Shown here in pieces: positions 46,442-59,507 of a DNA stretch of 64,000 bases; within the stretch, counting starts at the first letter, position 1, and every line of letters begins with the position of its first letter. Origin of the DNA: Hyphochytrium catenoides (Eukaryota; Protista; Hyphochytriomycota); NCBI GenBank assembly GCA_900088475.1, contig FLMG01002850.1:32041-96040 (forward strand), in the 5' to 3' direction. Both the position numbers and the translations under genes were made by a program. Below the pieces are notes generated by a model that saw nothing but the letters and a program-made list of their open reading frames with translations, had not been told where the DNA came from and did not search any database.

Positions 46442-49400
46442 TTATTTCTTATCCTGCCACCACGACCACGACGTCACAGCATCGAAGAAATCTACCGGCT
46501 CCTTTTCCTCTCTCTGGCAGAAAACAACCTCCTGGTAGAAGTCAGGCAGGGAAGAAGCTTTGACGAAAAAGTCATCCAGCTTCTCCTTAAGTGCCTTTTT
46601 CTCCTCACTTAGGAGAGTAATCTGGCTACACAGCTGCGCGTTCTCAACCTACGATACGACAGAGAGAAGAATGCGGAGGGAAAGAGATATGATGAGAAGC
46701 ATCCTCTCTAGAGAATCAAGAGAAGACCAACTACTGTCCCACGTAAGTTCAAAGAGACACTAGGAGATCAATGTTCATCCACGTGCAAGCCAAACGCCAC
46801 TTCGACAGAACCGGGAGGAATTAGGACACACGCAGTCTGTTGTACCTGTGCTACTAACTCTAATAGACAGCTCTGAACTTCCATTGTGTCGGAAATTTCT
46901 CCTAGTTGCTTCTGTTGTCTTTTTACTCTGCTTTCCAAGAACTGAACCTTCTCCTCTAGCTCCCCACTCTCAGCCTTCTTCTGCTCTACGGCCTAGCAAA
47001 AAAATAAAACAAAAAAAGGGAGGGTTGAGGTGTGCAGGCGCCAAGAAGCCTCTAGTTAGTGCCAGAACTGTTCTACGCTAGATCAGTCGAGAAAAAGCAC
47101 ATGAGCTATCGCTACGAGAACTAGACTACACGCTTCAAGGAAGCACAACCACACAGCAGGCGCAGCGGACATTTCAAAGGACCCACAGAACGCATGCAAT
47201 TTAAGTGCGACAACTCCTACACACAAAGACCAGATCTACCTCCTCATGCTGTCTTTCTAGGTCCGAGATATATTCATTCGCAGTTATTAATCCTTCCTCG
47301 AGCTCCAATTTTTGGGTTGATAAGACTTGCAGCTCTTGTTGGAGGCGTCCTACAGAAAAGAAGCAGGCGACTGTCAGAGAAGAGCTTCCCGGAACCCAGC
47401 AGACAAACAACGAGGTGAAATGTGGGAAAGACCGAGGGAGAGAGCCGACGCCGTACAGGGAGCGTAAGGCTAAGGTACGCTTCGGCCGCCCTACAGGGAG
47501 CGTAAGGCCAAGGTATGGCGCATTAAGCTCTGGGTCATTGACAATTAAGGGTTTTCCAATCGAAACATTCTGTAGGGAATGCCTAAGTTGTAGCTTCGAA
47601 GGCAAAAGACAGAGAGCCATGCCTATAACATTAAAAGGAACCACGAGTACCATTTGAATCTTGGCTGGCTTGGAGATCCTTAGCAGTTTGCTGATGGCTC
47701 AGCTGTTCATGGGCTAACGAAGCGCTTAGACTTTGAAGCTGCGCTTGTGCCTCCTTAACCCTATATGGTCCAGGAGAAAGGTTTTAGGCAACGCGTTGAC
47801 TAAGCTGAAGTTGACGCTAGGTAGAGCATGAAATTGGATCTAGAAACGCCAGAACAAGGCAGCAGTGCACAAACACTTGCTGAAGGTACTCTACTGCATG
47901 AAGGTGAAGCTCCAAAAGAGAGCACAGACGTGATCCGGAAAGTTGAAGAAGAGTGATCTGCCTCTGCTTTGGGGCCGCAGAACAGTAACTTCCAGGTGAA
48001 CATAAGGGCAGAGTAAGAGCGCAAAGAGGCAATAGACTTCAGCAAAGGGAGGGTTAAAATGTAAAACCTTGTAGTCCAAGCATCCGTCTCGCGAGCTCTT
48101 TCTTCACGGACGGCGTTGACTTCGGCTCGATGGGATTCTTTTGCCCTCTCGATTTCCGCATAGGCTATGAAGGACTCGTCAGCTGTATGTAGAAGAGGAG
48201 TGCAGTGGTAATAGAAGCAATGATGGGTACCAGACGGAATCGGGTATGTTCAGAGACAGAAATGCAGGACTAGAGGGCAAGATAAAACGCCGATCAGAGC
48301 TGATAACAAGCAGGAAGGGTCCTGTGGCGTCGGCAGGACCTTGTTGTAGCTCTAGCCTGGTGGCTTCGAGCGTTGTGGACAGGGAATCCGCTTGTCTTTG
48401 GATTGCATGAAGGGCTTCTGCTCTCTCCTCTAGTTTTTCTTGCTTCGCAGAGCTAAATAAAATAAGGTAAGATGCTAAAGCAGATGTGAAGATAGCCTGA
48501 ATCACTCAAGTCGGCTCAGAAGGCGTAGGGAGGTGTGTGCAAGCGGAAAGCGCGATAGACTGTTCGCACCCTCAGACACCGCCTAAGCAGATGTGAAGAT
48601 AGCCTGAATCACTCAAGTCGGCTCAGAAGGCGTAGGAAGGTGTGTGCAAGCGGAAAGCGCGATAGACTGTTCGCACCCTCAGACACCGCCTCCACAGAGC
48701 AAGGGGAGGTATTAATAAAAGAAGCCAAGAACAGCTCCTACCATTCGCTTTCTGCCTTTGAGAGTCGTTCCACTAAGTCCTGTTTGGCTCTCTGTAGCTC
48801 CGCGATCGTCTGCAAGTAGCGCGAAAAATGTTATTGGTCGAATGGACCTCAATGGTACAATTCATAATGCTTCACCCCATCTGGCCATGTTCAAACGTTA
48901 AGAACTCACCTCTTTTTTCTGGTTAACAGCATCTTCCAGGTTCTCAGCTTTCTGCTCCATCTTTGTAAGGTCTACCTCCAACGCATGCAAGCGCTGCTCT
49001 ACTTCCCTATCAGCGCCCGCAGATCGCAATAGAGACATTACACAGAGGTTGTAGATCAAGAAAGAAAATGCTCTTACCGCTTCTCATTCTCCAGCGCTGC
49101 GAGTTTGTTTGAGTGCTCTACAGGCTAAGCGGGTTAGGGAACAATCCGCACAAAAGTAGCTTTTTTTTTGATACGATGACATTGCTTATGGCGTTCCTCA
49201 CCTGACTGCAAAACTGCAACCTCTTCTTGATGTTTCCTTGAGCAATTGTCTAGAAGTACTTTAAATAAGGGTATAATGTCTTGCTGCAAACACGACTGCA
49301 CATCGGCCAAAGAGCATAAATGGAGAGGATCAGAGAGTAAGTAGACAACCCTATTGGAGAGGGCAAAGTCCGCTAGGGAGGCGATCCGGAATGGTTAAGG

Positions 49401-52400
49401 GTACAAAAGCATAACAAAGTGAAGGTACAAAAAATGGAGTTAAGGGTGGGAAGCGAAAGCATTGCTGATTTTATCAAGCCCATGGCAGAACTTTGAAATG
49501 AGAGAAAGCGAGTGCAGAGAGTACTGGAGTCGGAAGGAAACCATAAGGTCGCCGACAAGAGGCAGTGACCGAAAATCACGAGAAGAGGTGTAATATTTAT
49601 GGAGAGGATGATAGAGATAGATAGTGGGGTCTGCCGAACCAAAAGTGCAGGCTTCTTGGCGGGGCCTCGAGCCTGCGTCTCGTACTCGCTTAAAAATCTA
49701 TTAAAGCCGTCGCGGAACTCTGCAATCGATAGCCATGGGCTCTCGGCGAGCGGCTGTGCGACATATCTAAGGACCCTCAGTAAGTACAATACGAGACGAT
49801 TAAAGCGTAGTGACATATAGATAGGCGAGGAAGAAGCTGGCCCAGTCAAGAGACAGTGCATACGAGATGTGGAACAACATAATTGCACATACAGCAAGAA
49901 AGGATCACCTGTAGGTAGAGCAATGTATGAGGATCAGTAGAGGAACGGGATTACGCTTATTCTGTACGGAGACGAAGGCTTTGTCAACCTTTCTAAGAGC
50001 ATTCGTCTGGCTTCTAGGCAGCACTCCTTGCTCCTGGCTTGTAAAAGCGAGAGCTGAACACCTTTTTCTTTCTTGATGTCTTCTCGTAGTTGCTGTAACT
50101 TCTTTTCCTTTGCGCTTCCCTCAATCGCTTTCCTTCGGTAATGCTCCTCCGCTAGCTCCTCCAGACGCTGGTGCTCGTCTTCAAACTGTGACATCACCTT
50201 TGAGTTAGCCCGAAGGAGTAACCCTCACAGGTCCGTAGAGTAAAGACCACAAGTCTTCAAGGCCGTGCTAAGTATTCAATAACAACATGTGAGGAAACGA
50301 GGTCTGGAGACGTGCATCTCCAAAACATCATCCAATAACAGTCTTACGACGGTAATACCAGATAAAGGATAGAGGACCTGTTTCTGCTCAACAATGGGCT
50401 CTGCGCTAGCTATGTCTCGGATTCCCTGGCAGTACTGAGCCAGAGCTGTTTCTGCAGCTTGAGAGCAGGCAGACTCCGCTACGAACTCCCATGCACCTTT
50501 GATACTTGGAATTTCTCCACTGTTCATAGTGTTGACATAACTCTGGGCAAGAGACACAAGCATTCGCCCTAAGCAGAAGTTAGCCTCTGGGAGTAGCCGG
50601 AAGACACTGGCTGATTAATCCTTTACGATGGAAGCAAACAGCACACAAGGACCAGGCGCGAGACTAAACCTTGACTTGGGGACGGGACAATAGGGAGAAC
50701 ATCCTCTCAGCTAAGGCCATGTGGACCAGTGACGGCAAAGTAGAGAGGTGAATTCAAATAGAGGCCGTTGACTAGGAAGCTGAGCAACCCCCCAAAACAG
50801 ACCATTAAGCTGCACTCCAAATAGCGCCTTGGGGGAGACCTTGTTTAGCAGTTTCCTCCTGTAGTGCGAAAAGTCAATGCATGTACACTCCCGAGAGTTG
50901 ATCGAAATGTGCCGTGAGGGAACGAAGAGGCTAGATAATTGAAGAAGGCAATGAAAGAGGGTTCTAGAGGTACCTTAGTTCTTTCATCATCTCCCTAAAC
51001 TCAGGTCTAAGGTCCTGTGGAGCAAGCTTGGCCGCATCCCTCATGGTGTCTTCACTTACTGCGGGCCGAATCAGCGTGCAGCTACAATGAAGTTGGTGCG
51101 AGGAGTAAGAAGAATTACGGGGGTACAAACGGTTTCCACTCATTGGTGCTAACATGAAAAGAGAAAAGGGTTCGTCGTCCTTCATAGACAACAATAACGA
51201 ACGGAGGGAGAAGCAAGGAACAGGAAAGATGGCTTACCATTCTCTATCTCTGAAAAGTGTTCTTATGCTAGCCCTGATTCTGTTCCTCTCCTCGTTCCTT
51301 CTGGACCCACCCTCTCTTGGCTGGAGAGCACTTTCGAGATAATCGGCAGTAGTAAGATCCTTTCCCTGCAGAGTCCCAAGGTGACATGGAAGTCATCAGA
51401 TGATCCAGAAGTAGGAACACCTTTGAGACTTCTGGACGCGCTTTGGAAGAGCAGGATAATGACGTCATCCAGAGACACCAGCCGCGACCCAAACAATTAG
51501 CAGACTACCGCCGATCTCTGGCGAGACGGCATCGGAGTGTTGCCTCACTATGATTAGACCGACAGCTCTAGTAGTGCTAACAGGAAGCCTAGCAAGAGGA
51601 GGTGGAGACGCACCTGATGTTTCATCTCTAAGACAAAGTCTCTTAGAAGCCAGATGAAAGGAGGAAAGAAAGGTGCCAAGTCCTTCTCCAGCTGGAGATT
51701 GTTGCCTTCCCCATTTGGTCCGTGCATGCCCGTCAAACTCTTTATGGAGGCTGACAGATCAGCGCTTGAGCAGACAAATTTTGTCAACTCTGAAACCAGA
51801 TACAGCCTGCAATGAGAAGAGAGAGGCAGATGGAGTGCGCGAATTAATGAATGGCAGGCAAGCATAAAGGATCTCAAAGACCCAGAGCGAAGTGGGCTAT
51901 CATCGGCTATTGAAGGCTGAAGACGGAAGAAGTCGTCTGCTATGGTTCATACTTGTCAATAGCGGTCTCATCTATGACTCCCATGCTGTTAAATACAAAA
52001 AGGGAACTGAGCAGCAGCCCTAGAGAGAAGATTTTGGCGTCATAGTTCTCGTCTTGGTCCATTGAAGACATGCCCTCAGTGTCCATGAGCAGCACTTGAG
52101 CTCCTTCCTTGCTGTCAAATGAGAGAGGGAGAGAGAGAAAGAGGGAGAGGTGAAAACTCACTTTGACGATATACATATCCCGTTGCACAGCTCCTGCTCA
52201 TACCTCGTGGTACATGCATAACTTCATTTCCTTTCGCTGCACTCTCCTCCTTCGCTACCTTTAACCTTTAACTCCTCATTTGTTCTCTCGTCCTCTTTCC
52301 CTCTCCTCTGCTGTTCGTTATTTTGACCCCTAAGGCTAACCACAAACCTTGTTGCCTTAGACATGGGCACCGTCCACAGCCAGATGCCACGAGTACAGGA

Positions 52401-52905
52401 CTCAGTGGTGGATCCTACTGCGAAGCCATTCTGCCCGGCAATCTGGTTAAGAAGGAAGCTCTTGCCCGTCCTAGTGAGTCCCCCACAGAGAAAACATTAG
52501 AAGCACTGCATTTATCAATAAATAAGGACGCATCCTCTTGCACTTAGGCCATCCAGGTCACGAACAGCTAAGCACTAAGACAATCAATCCAGCAACCATT
52601 TACAGCTTAACCAGACGTCTGGAAGAAGCAAGGCAGACGGTTCGTTTGAGCCCTTACCGGTACATCCCAGCCACGGAGATAATAGCCAGGGGACCTTCGA
52701 GACGCTCTAGGGCCCTGTGTAATCAGGAAGATGCCAGCGATAGAGTGAAAGGTGAGGATATGGATGGCGTCAGAGTGCGGTCCAGAGAGCAAGGGATGTG
52801 TGTACAACCACTCATTATCACTTACGCTTTGCCTTCCTCGCATATTACTAGCTTATCCTCCTTTTGCCTAATGAAGCAGACTGGAACAGCTACTTCCTCC
52901 TCCAT
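46442..52905 (-). CDS. GBP: Guanylate-binding protein (GB1/RHD3-type large GTPase) with long coiled-coil tail; about 20 exons
   Basis: ATG 52905 MEEEVAVPVCFI; G1 SVAGMYR|TGKSFLLN; G2 STTESCTRGIW; G3 LMDTEG; SSLFVFNS; PPFIWLLRDF; YVNTMNSGEIPSI. The last exon ends DFFDAVTSWSWWQDKK*. Confidence 0.9.
48478..48691. repeat. Near-perfect tandem duplication of about 107 bp in a GBP intron
   Basis: AAGCAGATGTGAAGATAGCC...CTCAGACACCGCC occurs twice, with one visible mismatch (GTAGGG vs GTAGGA). Confidence 0.95.
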
Positions 52906-53720
52906 CGCGGTAGCGCAGATTAGGCACCCCGATTGGAGAACCTCAATCAATCCAAGGTCTGCCCAGGACTAAATAGCTGGAAGTCTCAACTAGTGCCCCA
53001 TGGGGTACTCTTCTTGTTTAGGCGCCTTGCAGCCTCCTTCATTAGTAGCAATGCTTCTCCCCAAGAAGCACAATCCTGCTAGTCAAGCATCACCTTGGGG
53101 GAGATCGCTTGAGCTGTTCACGATATTTAGTTCGCCATAGTTCAGCTTGGACAACGGGTAGCGTGGCAATATGTGCAGGATGGATGCGGTAGAGACGCTG
53201 GAAAGAGGTAAGGTTATCGCCAACATACTACGAGAGGTAAGGTTGGACGACAGCAATCTCTGCAGCGAGGAGGAGGTGCGGACGATGAGCTGATGCGCTC
53301 TATCTCTGGATCTGCGGGCTGTGGTCGGTGGTCGGAGGTTGAAGCGAAGCTTCAGAGTGGGAGGAAACCCAAGTTTGAATCGCTAGCAAATAGCAAATAG
53401 ATCTAACAATTGATAACTGAATTATGGATGAAGGATGGATCCACTCAGGTCTACTCCAGGACCTGCTGTCTTCTCTTACAGAGAGCGAGCGAAAGGGCAC
53501 GATGTTGGTGCACTGGCAGAGAAACTCTGCGCCCGCGCCGCCCAACTCTGACGTTGGACTGCTACAGCTACTGCTACGTTGTAGATCTGATTGACATCCT
53601 GCCTGCTCCATGCAACAACGGGTTAGCAGTCCAGGCACGTCTTGAGAGAGCATGGCCCTGCCTTATTAGCACGATGAGCGTGTGTCGAGTATAAGAAAGG
53701 GGGAGGCTTGTGGAACCAGT

Positions 53721-54338
53721 ATGGCAGAGCAAGGTGATGAGAATGAGGATGACAAGTCCATAGATCATGGCTCGGAGATGAAAACCGAAGACCTAGGGTC
53801 AAAGTCGCAAGCTACCGAACCAGGTACCATCTTCGGCTTGGCAAACCTAAATTGACGCGTCGTGTTGACTGGCGCTTTATGGACGTTATGCACATAGATG
53901 TTGAGGTGGATGCTGAGACCCGGAACCTGCTCGCTCGGGTTGCTATAGAGAGAGCGTTCAAAAAGACAGATGAAGATAACAGCGGGTACATTCAGCGAGA
54001 TTGCTATGCCGTTAAGCGGTAGCCAAGCATGAAAGGAAATTGAATCTAAGTCGGCTGTTCCGTCAAGGTTTATTGACTTTGAAGAGTTCTGCAGTCTAGT
54101 GAGGGAGCTCAACAAGAACGCTCCGGAAACGGAGCTTAATGAGCTGAAAGCTGCCTTTAAGCTAATTGACCTTGACGGGAGCAACTCTATTAGCCAAGTA
54201 TGCCATGTACTCTTGAAGCGTCCCCTCTTCCCTCTCACTTCTGAAAGCTATCTGGTCAACCCTCTTTCGAGTATATTTCCTGCCTTCTCTTGTCCTGTAT
54301 ATTATATGTCCCCTCTTGTTCTTCCGTCCTCTTTCTTA

Positions 54339-54373
<35 letters not shown>

Positions 54374-57300
54374 GCTCGCTCGCTCTCTCTCGCTCGCTCT
54401 CTCTCTCTCGCTCTCTCTCTTTGGTTCTCTGCGCCATGTTTCTCTCAGAAGACGAGACCAATTCTTCCTAAAATCTGTGTCCCTATTGCTAGGATGAGTT
54501 CACCGCTTGGTGGCTGAGCCAGACAGGCGACCTGGATGGAGACGGAAGGACGTCATACCTTGAAGGCTTATTGCAGAAGTTGAAATCAGTGGGGCGAAAG
54601 CTTTATCACACAGACTTACACGCTGCTTGCTATGAGCGAGATTTGGCAGTGGTAGAGACCTTGATAGGAATCTCTGAATCATTGATCCACGCGGTTGACA
54701 AAACAGAATTCGGGGTCAGAAGAGCTCTCTATATCTTTCAGAGCAAAGCGCAGCTTCGCTGCGTTCTTCCCTATTAATGGGTGTTCTCGCTCTGTCGTCA
54801 ACTTCTCCAGCTTGTCTTGCTACGGCCCTCTCTCAGCTTTGATCCCAGCTCCGCAAAAGCTTCTCGTCTAAAGCTCCCTATCAGTCTCTACAGACTTACA
54901 GTGAAGTTCTACAGCGTCAGTGTGTCTAACTTCACGCTCTGGTCTTGTTCCTATCCTGTTACAGCGTCAGTGTGTCTAACTTCACGCTCTGGTCTTGTTC
55001 CCCTCCCTAACAGGATAGGAACACCCCTCTGCACTATGCTGCTTACGTTGGAGACGTGCACATTTGTCAAGCACTTGTATGTCAGTGAGCTATCTCCAAT
55101 CACCGACTTTGGTTCTGGCCTTACTATTACTTCTTCAGTCCATTATATCTACGTGCTGCCAGGTCTGTCTCCTCACCCGTATTTGCTTGCTCATTCTGCC
55201 GTCCTTTCTGTAGCTGGCGGCAGGAGCTAAGGTCAATGCTGTCAATGATGTAAGTTTGAGCTGCCGTTGCAACCTCGCTTCTCTTTACCTTGGAGTATTA
55301 ACTTACTCTCCACTGTCCAGTCGGGCTGTACGCCGCTGTTTTATTCGTGCCAACAAGGATATCCTGAAGTCGTTGAGCTGCTTTTGAAGGTTAAGTAGAT
55401 CTCAAGCAGTCTCTGAAAGTCGTGGACTCACGAGCACTTTTCTTTTCCCCTCCACCGCCTTTTCCCCATTGAACCAACTGCTCCGTGCTTTGTCTTGCCG
55501 CAAGTCCAGTCTGGTGCAGACCCAAGAATTTTGGAAAGCTCGGTAAATTTTGGCGGTATAGATCTCCGACTTGTGATCCCTAGCTCAACCCACTTCCTTC
55601 CGTATTTCACGGGCTAACCTCTTCAAGCCCAAAAAGTTCTCCGCCGTCGACGTTGCTGCCAATGCTGAGGTTCTGGATGTTCTTAAGCGCTGTACGGCAA
55701 TCGAAGGTAAACTATCTGTCGGGGATGCAATCCAGACCTTCTTCCTCTTAGATTTGACATAGCTTGTAGGTTGCCGTCTGCTCATTTGCTCCTCTTTTAT
55801 ATGTATGATCTTCTTTGGCATCCCAGCGGCGCTTCTGACACCAGTGCCTATCTAGTGCCGAAACCACCAACAGAGGTTAGATGTTGCTTTGACTCAAAGC
55901 AGTGTATACTCTGCATCACATGGTAAGGGTTTGTTTTTATCATTGAGTAGCTTTAAAGGAGGTGAGAGGCTAGCCCTAAGTGATGCAGCCCAGCTTTTAG
56001 AGAGAGAGGTGGATTCCCGTGGCTTACGTAGGGGGAGTACTGCGTGGGGTCATTTTGACGGATCTTATATGCTGACCATCTGGAATAGGCAGAAAGTTTA
56101 CCATTACTTCTTGCAGGAAAGCGCCTTCCCTTAGGGCGGCCAATGCCCTACCACTTAACGGCTACAAGGTTCAACTAAGGCAGCTCTCATCTCAAAAGAC
56201 GTCTTTGTTGCTGGTGCCAGTAAGGGAAGATGTTGCTATTGGAGGAGTGGACAGTGGGGAGGAATATGAGGTGTCAGTTGCCGCTGTAAACTTGCACGGC
56301 GCTAGTTCCTTCTCCCTCCCCTGCAAGATTGTATGCACGCCGCCTTCACGCGAAAAGGAAACAGGTAAGAATAAGGGCCAGACGGTGCCCCAGATGGTAC
56401 CACTTATGCCCCAACCTGAGATAGCAAAGAGGACGACCCTAAGAAGAGGCATGAGCATGTCATGGACATCGACTCAACCGTCCACGAGCGCTGCTCATGG
56501 CGTTAGGGGCTGAAAAGAGAAGCGGGCAGGGGATCCAAGGAAGGATTGAGAGAAAATAAATTTTGAGAGGCTCTCGCGTGTATGGCCTAACGTAATACTT
56601 TGCTCAAACTGTCCAACTTGTGCTTCCAGTGACGGAAGAGCGCCCTTTTCTAGGCCTTGATGAGGCCGTAGTCGGATCCCGCTTTGCGTCCTTCAGGGTA
56701 CAGGTCTCTGAGAGTCTGGGGAAGGTGACCTCTGTCTCACTTAACCAATCTGGGACCTCCCAGGACCAAAGCGTGACGTTGGAGTTCAATCCCAAGCTCA
56801 GGTCCGACAGCTCTAATGGATTAGCTCTAGTATATTAGCAGAGAGAGAGACATGGGAATTGAAGCCTAGGGAAAACTGAGGGACATGAGATCTCATACTA
56901 GCACCTCCACCTGCGTCAGACTCGCTAACAACGTGACTTTAGCACTTGTCTTATAGATAACCTCAAGCCCAAGCGAAAGTATTTACTCCAGCTCATTGCG
57001 CGATGTCAACAACCTACGGGAGGCGGAGAAGAGCTAACCATCTCCTCACGACTGATTGAGGTGAAGACGCCAACGGATAAGTCTTGGTCAGACTTCATAG
57101 ATTCCGTCTATGCTGAAGAAGCAGGAGCCCGAGAAGAAGCTTCTTCGGGAAGCACATCTGCTCCACAGTACGAGGTCCAAGAAGAGGGAAGCTTGAATCA
57201 ACAGGAAGTCTCCATTGGAGGTAGAGGCCTGAGCTTAACCAGAGACGTCGCAGATGAATGCACTCTAGAGGAGGATAGTGCAGGGAATGGGAGCAAAGAG

Positions 57301-57453
57301 CAAGGGGACAAGGAAGAGGGGTATGACCAAGAACATGAAGCTGCTGAGGATGAGGAAGCAGACGACATGCTACCCGCACAAGACTCCCTCGAAGATTCAG
57401 AAGATGCTGCTTCAAGCTCGGAAGAGTTCCACAGAAGCTCGTGGGAGGACTAA
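53721..57453 (+). CDS. EF-hand + ankyrin repeat + two FN3 domain protein with acidic tail; start uncertain (possible exon at ~53180)
   Basis: EF-hands AFKKTDEDNSG|FIDFEEF and AFKLIDLDGSNSISQ|DEF; ankyrins NTPLHYAAYVG, GAKVNAVND|SGCTPLFYSCQQGYPEVVELLL and GADP; FN3-like YEVSVAAVNLHGASSFS and NLKPKRKYLLQLIA. Confidence 0.85.
54340..54420. repeat. Intronic (CT)n microsatellite
   Basis: Direct observation. Confidence 0.9.
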
Positions 57454-58063
57454 GAAGAAGAGAGTCGTGCGTAAAGGCAGTGTTTAGCTTAGAGCCTAGC
57501 TCTATGCTTGGTGCAGCCTACAATGAATGTACAGGTCAGAAGAGTTCTGACGTCAGGGCTAGCACGACTCAAGGGCTGGATTGACGGTTCGAAAGGTCAG
57601 CTCAGCAGAATCTTCATGAATCTCGAGCCATACTCTTCAAACGATGTCGCTGCGGCTTCTCCTCTTCTATCCTTGGCCTCCGCTCCTCTCCTTCTCGGTC
57701 TCTGTTGGACTTAGTGTTGGCGATCCGTAGAGCTTCCTTGTCGCTTCTTCGATGAGGCGTCGACAGAAGAACAGGATGACATCAGAATGAGCGCCAATAA
57801 TAATCCGTGCAGGAGCGAACTCACACAATGGGTTTAACACTTGTAAAGAACCGTAGTAAGAGGAATGATGAGCTTCAACATGAGCATCAGAAGAGACCCT
57901 CCTCTTTTTCATTTTGTCATCCTTTCCTCCCAACAAGAGAGCAGCAGACTTGACGAGATCTGAAGCTTCCTTACTGCTCCTCTGGCGGTGGCAGACGGAG
58001 TAAGGCTGTGTAAGGGTTCAGTAGCGGCAGACAAGGTGAAGCTGGGCAGAGAGGATCAGCGCA

Positions 58064-58860
58064 ATGGAGACCGCAACCTTTGGAGGTGGCTGCTTCTGGT
58101 GCATTGAGGCGGTCTACCAGCAGGTCAAAGGTGTACACGCAGCGGTATCGGGCTATGCCGGAGGGACGATAGACAATCCAACTTACGAGCAGGTGAGCGG
58201 GAAATGTCTCATTACCCCTTTTCTTTGCAAGCTTGGTCCTAGTCGTGACGAGCATCCATCTGTCAGTGCCTCTATGGTCTTTGACAGTTATCTCTTCTGC
58301 TCTCTGGAGGGGCGTCATCTCCACTCTACCGTTTTGTCTACCAATTGAACGAAGTTGGCTGGTGAATTGAGCATCAGACAAGCTCACGCGTCTTTCAGGT
58401 CTGCTCTGGGTCCACTGGCCACGCAGAGGTCGTCCAGGTCACCTTTAACCCTTCAGAGGTATCGTTCGCGGACCTCCTGGAAATCTTTTGGCGTGTACAT
58501 GACCCAACGACGTTGAACCGGCAAGGGAATGACATCGGTACCCAGTACCGCTCTGTCATATTCTACCACTCAGACGCACAGAAAAGGCTGGCAGAAGCTT
58601 CAATAAGCGCAGTCAAGGAGGCACAACTCTATAAGGACCCAATCGTCACAGAGATCAGCCCCGCCCCTACGTTCTATCCGGCTGAGAGCTATCACCAGAA
58701 CTACTACCGTCAAAACCCTAACAAAGGGTATTGCAGCTATGTCGTGGGGCCAAAAGTGAAGAAGTTCAAAGAACTCTTCCGAGATAAGCTAAAGACTGAG
58801 CAGGAGCTGGCCAACGAGAGCACGAACAAGCAGCAACGCTCGCATTGTCTTGTGAGCTAG
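58064..58860 (+). CDS. MSRA: Peptide methionine sulfoxide reductase A, one intron (58193-58398)
   Basis: [26 protein letters not shown]|[36 protein letters not shown] and [12 protein letters not shown]. Confidence 0.97.
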
Positions 58861-59507
58861 TCCTCTTCCGCCATTACCCTTTCTGACGCTAATCTAATGA
58901 GGCACAGCATCTAGCACACTTAACCGATCCTCTGTCTTCGCATCTGCGCCTCGCCTGATCTCATGCTTTCACCAAAATAGTGTCTAGCAAGCCCCAGACT
59001 GAGCAAGAATCTCCCATCTTTCCTCTCTTCCCCATCTCTCGGCTGCCAAACTGAAACCCTTTTGTCTATCTTCTTCCTCCCCATGTAAGCTCTAACGACT
59101 AAATTTTCTTTGCGCGACTGGTGGTGCTAAGAAGCACCGGGGGTACAAACAAGTAGTCTTTCCGCCTCCGCCACAAACTTCTTTCCATCCTTTGCGCGTG
59201 ACGGGCGACGGAGAGAACCACCGCCTGTTAGAGTCGAACCACCTCTCCGACTCTGCTGCCTACATCGACACTACTGGTGACCTGGCTCGGAGGGAGAGAA
59301 GAACGGATCTCTCTCCTTTGGCTTCCTTGGCCAGCCAACCTTTTGCGTATCTTCCCTATATACAACCTACCGCTATTGCTATATACATTCCCCTATAGTA
59401 CACTTCGACCAACAATCGGTCCTTTGTCTCTCTCTCCGTCCTTGGTCCTACCGAAATCCCGCTGTCATAAATAATCCCGCCGCCAATAAATAGATAAGAA
59501 CGTGCCG

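Noticed and set aside
48481-48540. GCGTAGGGAG resembling the 3' end of a TPP riboswitch
   Set aside because: It lacks the CTGAGA and CCTGAT core, is antisense to the host gene, and the host is unrelated to thiamine.
58064-59500. MsrA as a possible selenoprotein with a SECIS in the long 3' region
   Set aside because: The active site is GCFWC with Cys codons. There is no in-frame TGA in the coding region and no convincing SECIS core.
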